Source: Promethearchaeota archaeon
Lineage (GTDB): Archaea; Asgardarchaeota; Lokiarchaeia; Sigyniarchaeales; SOKP01
Direction: 5' to 3'
Length of the DNA: 43,006 bases
Assembly: GCA_019058245.1 (NCBI GenBank)
Contig: JAHPZJ010000022.1
Span: 55,746-98,751, forward strand
Each line of letters opens with the position of its first letter. Within the stretch, counting starts at the first letter, position 1. Under the pieces are notes generated by a model, which saw nothing but the letters and a program-made list of their open reading frames with translations, was not told the DNA's origin and ran no database searches. Of this stretch, positions 8,842 through 18,522 are shown one piece after another. A program made the position numbers and the translations under genes.

Positions 8842-10593
8842 TCAAGGAAGTCCTGTAGGAGGAGGACTTGTATCTATATCTTTCATTTTTCTAGTAAAAT
8901 CTTCATAAAAGGTTTTTGAAGTATTTATAAAATAATCATCATATAGAGGAATTTTAAGCTTTTGAAAGTTAGTGAGCCAAATCCCTGAGATTAATGCAAT
9001 TCCAACTGTACCAGTAAGAGATTCTAGATCACTTTGTTGGACTCCACCACCAATACTACGGGTGGCTACCTGTTTTTCTTTGTCGGATCTCAAAGGTAAA
9101 TTAATTACAGTATTCATATTTGATAAAATTGTATCATCTATAGGAGAGTATTGTTGTGAGATAATTTCAAGAGCTAAATTGAACTTTCTTCCTTGTCGCG
9201 AAATATCCTTAAACACATTACTGAATCTCATCATTTCTGGTCGCAAGATACTAGGTGCTTCTTCAATTGTAAATATAATTATTGGTAAATCAGTTGGTTC
9301 TTTAACTTCTTTTCCACTTTTGATGTATAATTTATCAATTGAATTTTCATAGTTTTTATAGAAATTTTCGGGTAAAGATTGTTTAAGTTTTGTTTTTAAG
9401 GTGTTAATATCCGTAGATGATTTTAACGCTTTTCTAATATCAAATAGTGTCCTAGCTAACACACTATTAAACAGAAATTGTTCTAAATCCGAAATCATGG
9501 ATACATTAAATATTATTATACCCCCCTGTTCTAACTTTTTTACAATATCTGGTAATTTACTACTTGCATTCGATCGAAACATCTCAGAATATTCTAACCA
9601 AGTAAGCCTCCTTCTTACTGCTGCCATAGTAGCATCACTATGACCTCCACGAAGAGGAGAATATCCCTCTGTTAAAAGATTTTCAATATAATCATTACGG
9701 GTCTCATTATATGCAGAATGAACAGCTCCAACTTGTAAGTCATTAAAAGTTCCTGTAGCATATAAGTCAACTGGTTTTATTTCTTGATAATTTATAATAC
9801 AAGGTTGAGCCATGCTTTTTATTGGAGCTGGAGGTACTCCCTTATTAGGATAAAGATAAAACCAATCTCCAATAAGTTTTTTATTATAATCTACAGCTTT
9901 ACAAATATCATTGAATCCATAATTTAAACATCCTAAAGCATATTCATCATGCATATCAATTGCTAACATAGATATTTTTATTCCTTTTCCATTTAAAATA
10001 ACATTTGCATTATGCTGCATAAGACCATCAAGAAATACTTGGTTTAAATTCGATTTTCCAGTACCTGTTGCTCCAGCAATGAAAAAGTGATACATCAGAT
10101 ATTTATAAGGGAAGTAAACATTTACATTAGCTTCGGATGCCAATGAACCCATATATACACCATCAGGAGTAAATATTTTCTCTAAATAATCAGCTTTGTC
10201 ATCTTGAATTTCAGAGATATCCATGGAATGGGGCTTTAATACTCCCTTTTCCATAATATCCTCAATAAGAAAGAAAACATTCGTAGTGAAATTTTTTTCT
10301 TTTTTAGATTTCTTGTCTCTCTCCGTAAGAATTATTGGACGTCCTTGAATCACATATTGTAATTCTGTTTCAAGTTCAGCGGTGATATAAGGTGTCATTT
10401 TAACATTTTTCAATTTTTGTCGTGTTAATATATAATCTTGAATAGTATATTCTTTTAGAATTTGGATTATTATTGTATAATCTTTTTTATCAGCTTCATC
10501 TTCAGCTTCAAGTTTAACAAATCCATGAAGATGAATATATTTTTCGTAGAAAATTTCAATTGTACTTTCGAGAGGGTTTATTCTAATTATCAT
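8842..10593 (-). CDS. herA: HerA/FtsK family DNA translocase
   Basis: HFFIAGATGTGKSN, IDMHDEY, IEEAP and ISRQGRKFNLALEIISQ; first gene of the nurA-mre11-rad50 operon. Confidence 0.92.
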   Translation of the reverse strand: MIIRINPLESTIEIFYEKYIHLHGFVKLEAEDEADKKDYTIIIQILKEYTIQDYILTRQKLKNVKMTPYITAELETELQYVIQGRPIILTERDKKSKKEKNFTTNVFFLIEDIMEKGVLKPHSMDISEIQDDKADYLEKIFTPDGVYMGSLASEANVNVYFPYKYLMYHFFIAGATGTGKSNLNQVFLDGLMQHNANVILNGKGIKISMLAIDMHDEYALGCLNYGFNDICKAVDYNKKLIGDWFYLYPNKGVPPAPIKSMAQPCIINYQEIKPVDLYATGTFNDLQVGAVHSAYNETRNDYIENLLTEGYSPLRGGHSDATMAAVRRRLTWLEYSEMFRSNASSKLPDIVKKLEQGGIIIFNVSMISDLEQFLFNSVLARTLFDIRKALKSSTDINTLKTKLKQSLPENFYKNYENSIDKLYIKSGKEVKEPTDLPIIIFTIEEAPSILRPEMMRFSNVFKDISRQGRKFNLALEIISQQYSPIDDTILSNMNTVINLPLRSDKEKQVATRSIGGGVQQSDLESLTGTVGIALISGIWLTNFQKLKIPLYDDYFINTSKTFYEDFTRKMKDIDTSPPPTGLP

Positions 10594-10746
10594 TTTTATC
10601 TTGATCCTATCTCTTATTAAATAATACTATTATTGAATCTAAATAAATAAAAAATTGTATTAATTCAAACATAAATTTATTTATGGGTTTTAAATGTAAT
10701 ATTTGTTTTGATATATAAAGTCCAAAGACATACCAAATTTAGTAAA

Positions 10747-12882
10747 CTATAAAAGATCTATTGCTGATTTAAATAGATCTTTTTTATCAATTTTCTCTTT
10801 TTCATTTAGCGATTTAAATTCGACCGAAGACTTCTTATAAACCTTGTTATTTAATTCAGAAATAAATTGGGAAGGCTTTACGATCTGAGGTCCTCGGTAA
10901 GTAGCTTTAATCGAAGGAGAGATAAGATATAATTGATCTTTAGCTCTAGTAACAGCAACATAGAATACTCTGCGTTCTTCTTCAAACGCATCCGGATCTC
11001 CTATACTTCTACTAGATGGAAAAGAATCTTCGCAAAGCATAGGCATAAATACTACTCGCCATTCAAGGCCTTTTGCTCTATGTATTGTAGATAAAATCAA
11101 AGGATTTTCTTCCTCTGCTTGTTCTCCAGCTTTAACAGTTTTAGCTTCTAGATTAGATAAATTTAAACTTAAATTTTCTAAAAATTTTCTAATAGTTAGA
11201 AAATTTTTTGCATACAAACTTAACTGCTTTAAATCTTCTATTCTTTCTTGCCAATTATCATATTTGGATTTTAAGTGTTCTTCAAGGACTTTAATTAAAT
11301 CTTTAATAACTTCTGAGGGGTTTTCTTCTGGACTAAAATCTATTAAGTTTTTTATATATGAGATTAAATTTCTTATACCTTCTTTAGATATACGAGCTCC
11401 TTTCAGCTTTTCAGCATAGAACATCTTATTAATTAAAGCATCAATTGGATGTTCTATGTTTGAAATTGCTTCGAAAATCTTCGAACCAGAAGTTGTTCCA
11501 ATCCCTTGAATAATTGAAAAGATTTTAGCCCAAGAAACTTCATCATAAGCATTCTCGATAATTCGTAAATGAGCTAACATATCCTTAATGTGAGCTCTTT
11601 CAAAAAAAGCAATACCTGCTCGAACTTCATAAGGAATATTCTTAGCTCTTAATTCAAGCTCAATTTTAAGTGAATGTGATGCTGCTCGAACTAGTATTGC
11701 CATATCTTTTAAATCAAATCCCTCTGAACGTAGTTTTAAGATTTGGTTTGCTATAAATCGTGCTTGATCACTATCATCTCCTAAATTCACTTGAAATGGT
11801 AGAACTCCTTTAGGTCGAGTGGTGCGCATACTTTTCTTAAACTGATTTTTATTGTTTTTTATTGAATTATTTGCCAAATTGAGAATTTCAGGAACGCTTC
11901 TATAGTTGTAGGTTATTGTCAATCTCTTACATTTCTTATTTTTTTTTTCAAAATTCAAGATATTTTGAAAATTAGCACCTCTAAATGCATAAATACTTTG
12001 AGCATCATCGCCTACCGCCATGATATTATGTTCTGGGTTACAATTGACTATTTTATGTATAATTTCATCTTGAATGTAGTTTGTATCTTGATATTCATCA
12101 ACAAGAATGAATTTAATATTCTTAGCAATTAGTTGAGCAATACTTCTTTCATCTAATAACTGATTCCAATATATTAAGAGATCATCAAAATCTACTAAAT
12201 TGTCTTTTGCTTTTTTAGTTTTATAAATTTTGAATACTTCTTCTAACTTCTGAATAATAGTTTCACTATCAAATTGATTATATTTCCATAATATTACATC
12301 TTTAATCGATTTGTGGCAATTGAAAGAATAAGATAAAATATTTTTTGCCATTGTAGAAGTAGGAAAACGTTCTTTGATTTCTTTCACATTAGCTTTTTCT
12401 ATTGAAAGCTTCATTAAAATTCTAGCATCAGTTTCGTCCATTATAATATAACTTGGTTTTAAACCTAACATTTTTGCATATCTCCGAATGAAACGATTTG
12501 CTATAGAATGAAATGTTCCAGCCCAAATTCCTTTAGGACGTTTGCCCAAAAGAGTCTCTACTCGCTTAATCATTTCATTAGCAGCCTTATTTGTAAACGT
12601 GACTAACATGATCTCACTTGGTTTTACACCGGAGGATAATAATTTAGCAACAGAATATACTATTGTTCTTGTTTTTCCACTACCAGCCCCAGCTATTACT
12701 AATATTGGACCATTAATATTATTGATAATCTCAAGTTGTTCTTCGTTTAAATTATCTTCAAAATTGATTTCTTTAAACTGTTCTTTATATTCAGTTAATT
12801 CCTCTTTTAAAGATTCTGCAAAATCTTCATCGTAGAACTCAAATATATATTCTTCTTCAATTTTCTGTTTCTTGTCGTTCAA
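10747..12882 (-). CDS. UvrD/PcrA/Rep superfamily 1A helicase
   Basis: AGAGSGKT, TFTNKAA, GTFHS, VDEYQD, VGDDAQSIYAFRGA, NYRS, STIHRAKGLEW, EERRVFYVAVTRAK. Confidence 0.96.
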   Translation of the reverse strand: MNDKKQKIEEEYIFEFYDEDFAESLKEELTEYKEQFKEINFEDNLNEEQLEIINNINGPILVIAGAGSGKTRTIVYSVAKLLSSGVKPSEIMLVTFTNKAANEMIKRVETLLGKRPKGIWAGTFHSIANRFIRRYAKMLGLKPSYIIMDETDARILMKLSIEKANVKEIKERFPTSTMAKNILSYSFNCHKSIKDVILWKYNQFDSETIIQKLEEVFKIYKTKKAKDNLVDFDDLLIYWNQLLDERSIAQLIAKNIKFILVDEYQDTNYIQDEIIHKIVNCNPEHNIMAVGDDAQSIYAFRGANFQNILNFEKKNKKCKRLTITYNYRSVPEILNLANNSIKNNKNQFKKSMRTTRPKGVLPFQVNLGDDSDQARFIANQILKLRSEGFDLKDMAILVRAASHSLKIELELRAKNIPYEVRAGIAFFERAHIKDMLAHLRIIENAYDEVSWAKIFSIIQGIGTTSGSKIFEAISNIEHPIDALINKMFYAEKLKGARISKEGIRNLISYIKNLIDFSPEENPSEVIKDLIKVLEEHLKSKYDNWQERIEDLKQLSLYAKNFLTIRKFLENLSLNLSNLEAKTVKAGEQAEEENPLILSTIHRAKGLEWRVVFMPMLCEDSFPSSRSIGDPDAFEEERRVFYVAVTRAKDQLYLISPSIKATYRGPQIVKPSQFISELNNKVYKKSSVEFKSLNEKEKIDKKDLFKSAIDLL

Positions 12883-13056
12883 ATTTTAACTCTTTATTAA
12901 TATACATTTATTTCTTTTAATAAACGTGTATTTCAAATTAAAAGTATCATAAAATATATCTAAATTGCTAGACATTTTTGAAACTTTCTCCTTTATAATT
13001 GATATAATAATAGAAAGCTAAAAAATAGTTCATGTGAGGGAATTTATTAAATTTCT

Positions 13057-13350
13057 CTATGTAAGACCAACTAATATTTTGAAAGCAATAGTCTCATCTT
13101 TCTCATCAACAGATGAAATAGGATAAGTAATATCATATTTATCTCTTATATGAGGTGCTGCTTGTGCGGAAATAAATTTCATTCTGGTATTCGTGTTTTT
13201 TCCCTCCCAAATCCATACTTTACCATCATGCTGGTCAATAAAAAGCAGAATTTTATTTGAATCTAATAGTTCAAACAATGGAATATTTTCCTTCACTTCA
13301 ATTTGTTCAAAATCTTCTAATTCTTCGTTTAATTGATAAATATCTATCAA
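13057..13350 (-). CDS. Single-domain gelsolin-like protein
   Basis: LDSNKILLFID..KVWIWEGKNT....KFISAQAA..I......I..VDEKDET.AF matches the gelsolin repeat consensus; 97 aa. Confidence 0.82.
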   Translation of the reverse strand: MIDIYQLNEELEDFEQIEVKENIPLFELLDSNKILLFIDQHDGKVWIWEGKNTNTRMKFISAQAAPHIRDKYDITYPISSVDEKDETIAFKILVGLT

Positions 13351-13563
13351 AATTTAATCGCTTGAATTTCTTTCGTTTTTATATTATATTCTTTATCATA
13401 TTCATTTATAAACTTTCAATATTAAGGATCAACTACATTAGAAAATGATGTATACTTTAAAAGAGTTTAATTTTCTAAATACGACATAGTATAAATGAAG
13501 AGATTTAATAATTATTTTTTTGTAATGTTTTACTAAAGATATAGTAGATAACTAAGTAGATAA

Positions 13564-13941
13564 TTAAAAATCATTTTGGAATTTTCTTCTTCGTAAGGTT
13601 GAGATAAGATGGCCTCTGGAAAGAAGTTGAATTCCAAACTGTGAACTATATTCCCGAGAAAAGTCAGTAATAATATTACAAATCATAATTCCCCCTTGGA
13701 TATTGGTGTCAATACACGCTTTATGTAGCTGTCTTAGTTGAGTAATTGAGATTTCTCTTTTCCAATCTCTTATGAACACTCCAAATGTACTAAGATTATT
13801 TTTTACTAGTGCATCAAAAGTCCATGATTTACCAGATTTTCCTTTATTTTGTACTGGACCTTCTATAAACTCATATTTTTCAGAAAAAACATTTTTAACC
13901 AAATTAACTAAAGGCTTATTCCCTAATGACACAAGAAACAC
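13564..13941 (-). CDS. Mrr-like restriction endonuclease-fold protein, possibly inactive
   Basis: GKSGKSWTFDAL, DWKREISITQLRQL, GGIMIC and SSQFGIQLL fit the Mrr_cat pattern; the (E/Q)xK position reads FIR. Confidence 0.65.
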   Translation of the reverse strand: MFLVSLGNKPLVNLVKNVFSEKYEFIEGPVQNKGKSGKSWTFDALVKNNLSTFGVFIRDWKREISITQLRQLHKACIDTNIQGGIMICNIITDFSREYSSQFGIQLLSRGHLISTLRRRKFQNDF

Positions 13942-14105
13942 TAATTTTCTATATTATATATGTATTATATCAATATTTAACCAAATATTATTTAAGATAA
14001 TATGTTACCTCTGTAACACGTTTTCTTATGTTCTATTCAATCGAAAGAAAAATATACGACAAAAATATCTTATTATAAGCATTATTTGTAATAAATTTAA
14101 TAAAA

Positions 14106-14912
14106 TTAGAAATTTATACGGAAAGCATTCAACTTATAAAACGGATAAGCGCCCTCATTATCAGGACCATTCTTCTGTACAAACTTGTACAAGTTGTGTT
14201 GTATAAATTCTAATAAACCTTGAATTACTTCATTACAAATAGAATTACATTCCAAATAATTGAATCCACAATTTTCATTAAATTTTTCACAAAATTTTTT
14301 CATATGTAATGAAATACCTTGAGCTGGTAAAGGGATTATCGAATCCCAAGTATCCTTAAAGCCTGCCATCTGACTGGGAGGTATTTTTTTTAGTAATCCT
14401 ATTAAGTGCGTTCTAGAAGAATTATCATTAAACCGTTTTATAATTCCCTTAAGTTCTTTCTTTGCTTCGAGTTGACAAAGAAAAGTATAATAATTGAGTA
14501 ATCTTTCAGCTTCTTTTGTTTTTTCAGAATCAATTATCTTCCAGCCATTCGCTTTTTTACAACTTATCTGTTTATTATCTGGATTAGAAAATTTCGTAGG
14601 ATATATCCAACATTGAGGGGGTTTAATCCCTGAAGTATGAACTGTACATCCATTAATTTTTTTATTATATAAAAAACATTTTCCCGTTATATCATCAAAT
14701 CTTAATTTAAAACTGAAGATATCACCTCTATTGAAATCTTCTTTAGAAGCATATCCTTTCTCAATATACTTTTGTGCTAAAATTTTAGGAACATCAATTT
14801 TAATTGAACAACAATCACTATGACAAATTGATAAACAATCTGGACCCTCAATTGCTGAACTCATTAGGTCATTAAATCTCCTAACAATTTGCCAAAATTT
14901 GTCGTTAACCAC
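14106..14912 (-). CDS. YkgJ/CxxCxxCC family cysteine-cluster (Zn/Fe) protein
   Basis: CLSICHSDCC, CFLY...GCTVH..KPPQCWIYP, plus an extra C-terminal Cys cluster. Confidence 0.8.
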   Translation of the reverse strand: MVNDKFWQIVRRFNDLMSSAIEGPDCLSICHSDCCSIKIDVPKILAQKYIEKGYASKEDFNRGDIFSFKLRFDDITGKCFLYNKKINGCTVHTSGIKPPQCWIYPTKFSNPDNKQISCKKANGWKIIDSEKTKEAERLLNYYTFLCQLEAKKELKGIIKRFNDNSSRTHLIGLLKKIPPSQMAGFKDTWDSIIPLPAQGISLHMKKFCEKFNENCGFNYLECNSICNEVIQGLLEFIQHNLYKFVQKNGPDNEGAYPFYKLNAFRINF

Positions 14913-15103
14913 AATGATATAAATTAATATAATTATGTTTCTTAGACATCAATATTGATTATCAATTATAAAATTATTTTAAAAACATTGTGGTTTAAGT
15001 AAACTTTATATTTTCTTACTTTATTATTATGTAAAATTTTGACAACAAAATTTGTATAAAAATTTTCTTAATTTAAATAATAAAAATACGAGAAGAGTAT
15101 CGA

Positions 15104-17215
15104 ATGTCAGAAAATCTTATAGTCATAGATATTACTGATGAAGAACACATTGTTTTCGACGGTTCACAAAATATTAAAGAAATCTCAGGCAAAGGAACGT
15201 TGCTCGTGAAAAATCCAACTCAAAGAAGCAGATTATGGAATTTGATTTGTAATGTTAAAGAAAATATAAACACATCTTTGGATTCAAAAGAACTCAATGT
15301 TGGAACGCTAAATCCCGCTCAAAATTTTCCTCAAGAATATGAAATAAAAGATCTTAAAGAAGCTTCTATAAAAATCCAAGAAATTTTTGATACTGATAAA
15401 TCTGATTCTGGTAAAGTGAACAATGCATTTCTCTATAAATTTGATAATAAATGCAGTTTAAAACTCATTCTTTCAAATCCTTTAAATATACCTATTCTAG
15501 ATATAAAAGTTAAAAGGGAAATGCCAGCATTTATTCAAGAAATTGAAATGAGAAGTCCATCTGTTGGTGATGCATCTTTGAAGGAAGAAGATGGTAAGCG
15601 AATAATTTCTTGGGAGTTAACGTCTCTAGATGCAGAAAATAAAGCAGAACTTGAGATTTTCTTTACAGTGAATATAAAAGAATTAGGCTCTCAAGAGCTA
15701 GGAAGTTTGTCTGTGAATTATTTAATTAATAATTATAAATTAACATTGATGAATCCTGAAATAAGAGGGCTAACGGATTCGATGAGTGGAATAGATAGGG
15801 ACGAGAGCTCTCAACCTGGTATGTGGGATTGTAATGTTGAATTCATTAATGAATCTAGTTTTCAAGTGAAACTCGAAGATGTAAAAGTATCTCAAACAAT
15901 AGCAACAGGAGTTGAAACGGTGGTGTCTCAAACTCCTGATAGAGTCCTAAATCCTGATGAATCTTGGGATTTTAATTTTCAAGTTGAAGCTAAAGATGTA
16001 CCAGAACTTAGTTCTGAAATTGGATTTACACCACTGTTTGTAGTTATTCCAAGAGTTATTGGTGAAATCATTAAAGAATCTACAGTTTATAATGTATTAA
16101 GTGCTACTATTGACAAAGCCATAAATCCTCCAGAAGTAGATGCATATGCTAATACAGAGATGTCAATAATTAATATGATTATAAATGATGGATCCTCAAA
16201 TATAGATAAATTTTTCTTGGCAGACGAAATCCCACCAGACTTTATTCCTCCTTTAGTTAAAGATGTGAAAATCGAGTTAGAAGGAATTGATATTAGTTCA
16301 AGGGAAGAATATGTCCAGAAAATATTAATTGATCCGAGTGACCAAGATTTTTCTAAAAAACATCAGATTTTTGTTGAATTATTTAATCTCGCGAAAGAAT
16401 TTCTTTCAGGACGACAACTGGTTATTTCCTACCCACTATTAGCAAGAAATCCTAGACCTCCAACTGAAACAAAGTATATGACTCCTGTTAAAATTGAAAT
16501 TAATTCTCCTGTAGAAGGACCTTCCTTTGTTAGAGTACCTGATGAGGAACCAGAATTGAAAGTAAAATATGTCAAACGAAAATTGAAAACACTTAAAAGT
16601 ATTAAACCTGGAATTACTGAAGGAGAATTTAGTATAGGTGTAAGAGTCCAAAATAAAGGAGATGTAGAATTAGAGAATGTTCTAGTAAAAGATATCATCC
16701 CTACTGGTTTTAGCTTAACTGAATTTACACCTCCCGAAGGTGCAACTCATGAAGTGGTGCAAGTTGGTGATTTATCAGAACTTCACGTAAAGGTGGTTGA
16801 AATAAAAGGAGGATCTTCTGTTAGTATTAATTATAACTGCTTTGGTTCTGGTGATTATCCTCGATCAGAACCTGTTATTATAGTTTTAGGTAGAGGTGGT
16901 GTTGAGTCATTAAGTACTTCAGGAGCACCTCCTGCAGGCACAGAAACACCAAAAGCTCATGTAGCTGATTCTCAAGCGGGAAAGTTACATGATCTTTTTA
17001 TCGATTTATATAAAGTTGTAGATCGTGCTCCAACAGGAGAGGTTTTTGGAAGTTTACTGGAGAGGAGAAAAGATGAATTTCCACCAGGTCCAGTTTTACA
17101 TCAAATAATCGCATTTGCAAAGGAATTAAAAGCTCTTGGCGAGAAGATTATCGTAGGGTCATTATATGATGATGTAATGAATAAGTTAAAAGATTTTAAA
17201 AGCAAATATAGTTAA
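15104..17215 (+). CDS. Cytosolic multi-Ig/beta-sandwich protein (DUF11-like repeats) with C-terminal helical domain
   Basis: 703 aa, no signal peptide or TM segment. Repeated motifs LSNPLNIPILDIKVKREMP, INDGSSNIDKFFLADEIP and VQNKGDVELENVLVKDIIP; Pro/Gly linker, then a helical tail. Confidence 0.7.
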   Translation: MSENLIVIDITDEEHIVFDGSQNIKEISGKGTLLVKNPTQRSRLWNLICNVKENINTSLDSKELNVGTLNPAQNFPQEYEIKDLKEASIKIQEIFDTDKSDSGKVNNAFLYKFDNKCSLKLILSNPLNIPILDIKVKREMPAFIQEIEMRSPSVGDASLKEEDGKRIISWELTSLDAENKAELEIFFTVNIKELGSQELGSLSVNYLINNYKLTLMNPEIRGLTDSMSGIDRDESSQPGMWDCNVEFINESSFQVKLEDVKVSQTIATGVETVVSQTPDRVLNPDESWDFNFQVEAKDVPELSSEIGFTPLFVVIPRVIGEIIKESTVYNVLSATIDKAINPPEVDAYANTEMSIINMIINDGSSNIDKFFLADEIPPDFIPPLVKDVKIELEGIDISSREEYVQKILIDPSDQDFSKKHQIFVELFNLAKEFLSGRQLVISYPLLARNPRPPTETKYMTPVKIEINSPVEGPSFVRVPDEEPELKVKYVKRKLKTLKSIKPGITEGEFSIGVRVQNKGDVELENVLVKDIIPTGFSLTEFTPPEGATHEVVQVGDLSELHVKVVEIKGGSSVSINYNCFGSGDYPRSEPVIIVLGRGGVESLSTSGAPPAGTETPKAHVADSQAGKLHDLFIDLYKVVDRAPTGEVFGSLLERRKDEFPPGPVLHQIIAFAKELKALGEKIIVGSLYDDVMNKLKDFKSKYS

Positions 17216-17306
17216 TTTTTTAAAACAATACTTTAATTTTTTTTCTATTTTTTAATAATCTCCGTTTTTATAAATATATAAAAAAGGATTAAAAAAAAGT
17301 TTGAAT

Positions 17307-17657
17307 TTATAGATAGATATTTAGCTTATCAATATCTTTTTGAATCCTTGAGATACGCTTTTCTTGTCCTTCCTCATCGAATCCTTGTATATCCTCATCT
17401 AATGTCAATTGTTCTTGTTCATATGCTTTTTCTAGTTCCATTCCATACCTAATAGCAAAGGCAACTAATTCAGGAATTAGAGAAACCATAGCTCTGAAAC
17501 TAAAAATACCTGCTAATATACTAAGCCTATTTAACATTTCTCCAAAAGGATCTAATTCTGTCTCAGGTTTTCTCATCATATCTAATATTCTTTTAAACAA
17601 TACTTCATAGAATAATTCTTGCTCTTCTTTACTTAAATTTTCTTCTTCTTCCACCAT
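17307..17657 (-). CDS. Hypothetical acidic helical protein
   Basis: 116-aa ATG ORF with a GGTAG-like upstream motif, no overlap and protein-like composition. Confidence 0.7.
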   Translation of the reverse strand: MVEEEENLSKEEQELFYEVLFKRILDMMRKPETELDPFGEMLNRLSILAGIFSFRAMVSLIPELVAFAIRYGMELEKAYEQEQLTLDEDIQGFDEEGQEKRISRIQKDIDKLNIYL

Positions 17658-17855
17658 TGTGTACTACCTAGGGTTTTATATAATAATATTAAAGTAAGAA
17701 ATAAATTTAATTGATTTTAATTAAAATTAGCCTATTAAAATTATAAAAAATATAAAAAAATTTGTTTTAAATCATTAAAAACTATAAAAATTAATTACAA
17801 ATTGAGAATTTTGTCTTATAATTTGAATATACAATAAAATAGGTTAAAAAAATTT

Positions 17856-18500
17856 ATGTTGATAGTTATCATAGTTCTAATTTTAGTTTTTTTATTAAAT
17901 TTTCTTGCTTATTGGATAATTTGTTTAAATCTAAAATTGCCCAAGAGTGAATCTAGTGAGTTGTATAAAAAGATTTTCCCCATAATTTGGATTGCCTGTG
18001 TTAATTTTATCCCATTTATAAATTCGAGCTTTTTTAAACCATTTTTTAATACAAATATCAGTTATTTCCATCAATATTGGCTATGGTTCGCTTTAATGGG
18101 TCTGATCATAATTATTTTTGGAATTAAAATTAATTCTTTAGCAATAAAATTATTAAAAACGACAAATAGTGGAGAAAAGACTTCAGAATTAATAAGAAAG
18201 GGTGTATTTGAAATTGTGAGACATCCTCAATATTTTTCATGGTTCATAATCAATTTAGGTATTACATTTATATTTGATTCATTTATCGGTATATTATTTT
18301 CTCCAATCTTATTTATGGTTACAGAAATACTTTGCATTGTAGAAGAAAAATATTTGCTTTTTCCAAAATTTAGGGAAAGTTATAGTCAATATACAAAAAA
18401 AACGCCATATCGGTTAATTTCACCTCCTTATAATTATCTTTTTATAATAATTGGAATTCTAGTAGGTTATATAGGATTAATAAATTTTTTTAACATTTAA
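17856..18500 (+). CDS. Isoprenylcysteine/phospholipid methyltransferase (ICMT/PEMT) family membrane protein
   Basis: LIRKGVFEIVRHPQY and EEKYL..KF.ESYSQY.KKTP; several TM helices. Confidence 0.85.
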   Translation: MLIVIIVLILVFLLNFLAYWIICLNLKLPKSESSELYKKIFPIIWIACVNFIPFINSSFFKPFFNTNISYFHQYWLWFALMGLIIIIFGIKINSLAIKLLKTTNSGEKTSELIRKGVFEIVRHPQYFSWFIINLGITFIFDSFIGILFSPILFMVTEILCIVEEKYLLFPKFRESYSQYTKKTPYRLISPPYNYLFIIIGILVGYIGLINFFNI

Positions 18501-18522
18501 TAAAGAGATGAGTTGAGAATAA

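Noticed and set aside
4167-10593. Wadjet/SMC or Sir2-HerA defence system
   Set aside because: The zinc hook, Mre11 and NurA identify a resection operon; the Sir2 gene is a classical CobB type about 24 kb away
5581-14206. ORFs 5581, 5861, 8972, 9401, 12542, 13257 and 13772
   Set aside because: Antisense or alternate-frame overlaps of rad50, herA, uvrD, gelsolin and the Mrr-like gene, with the F/S/L/I-rich composition typical of shadows
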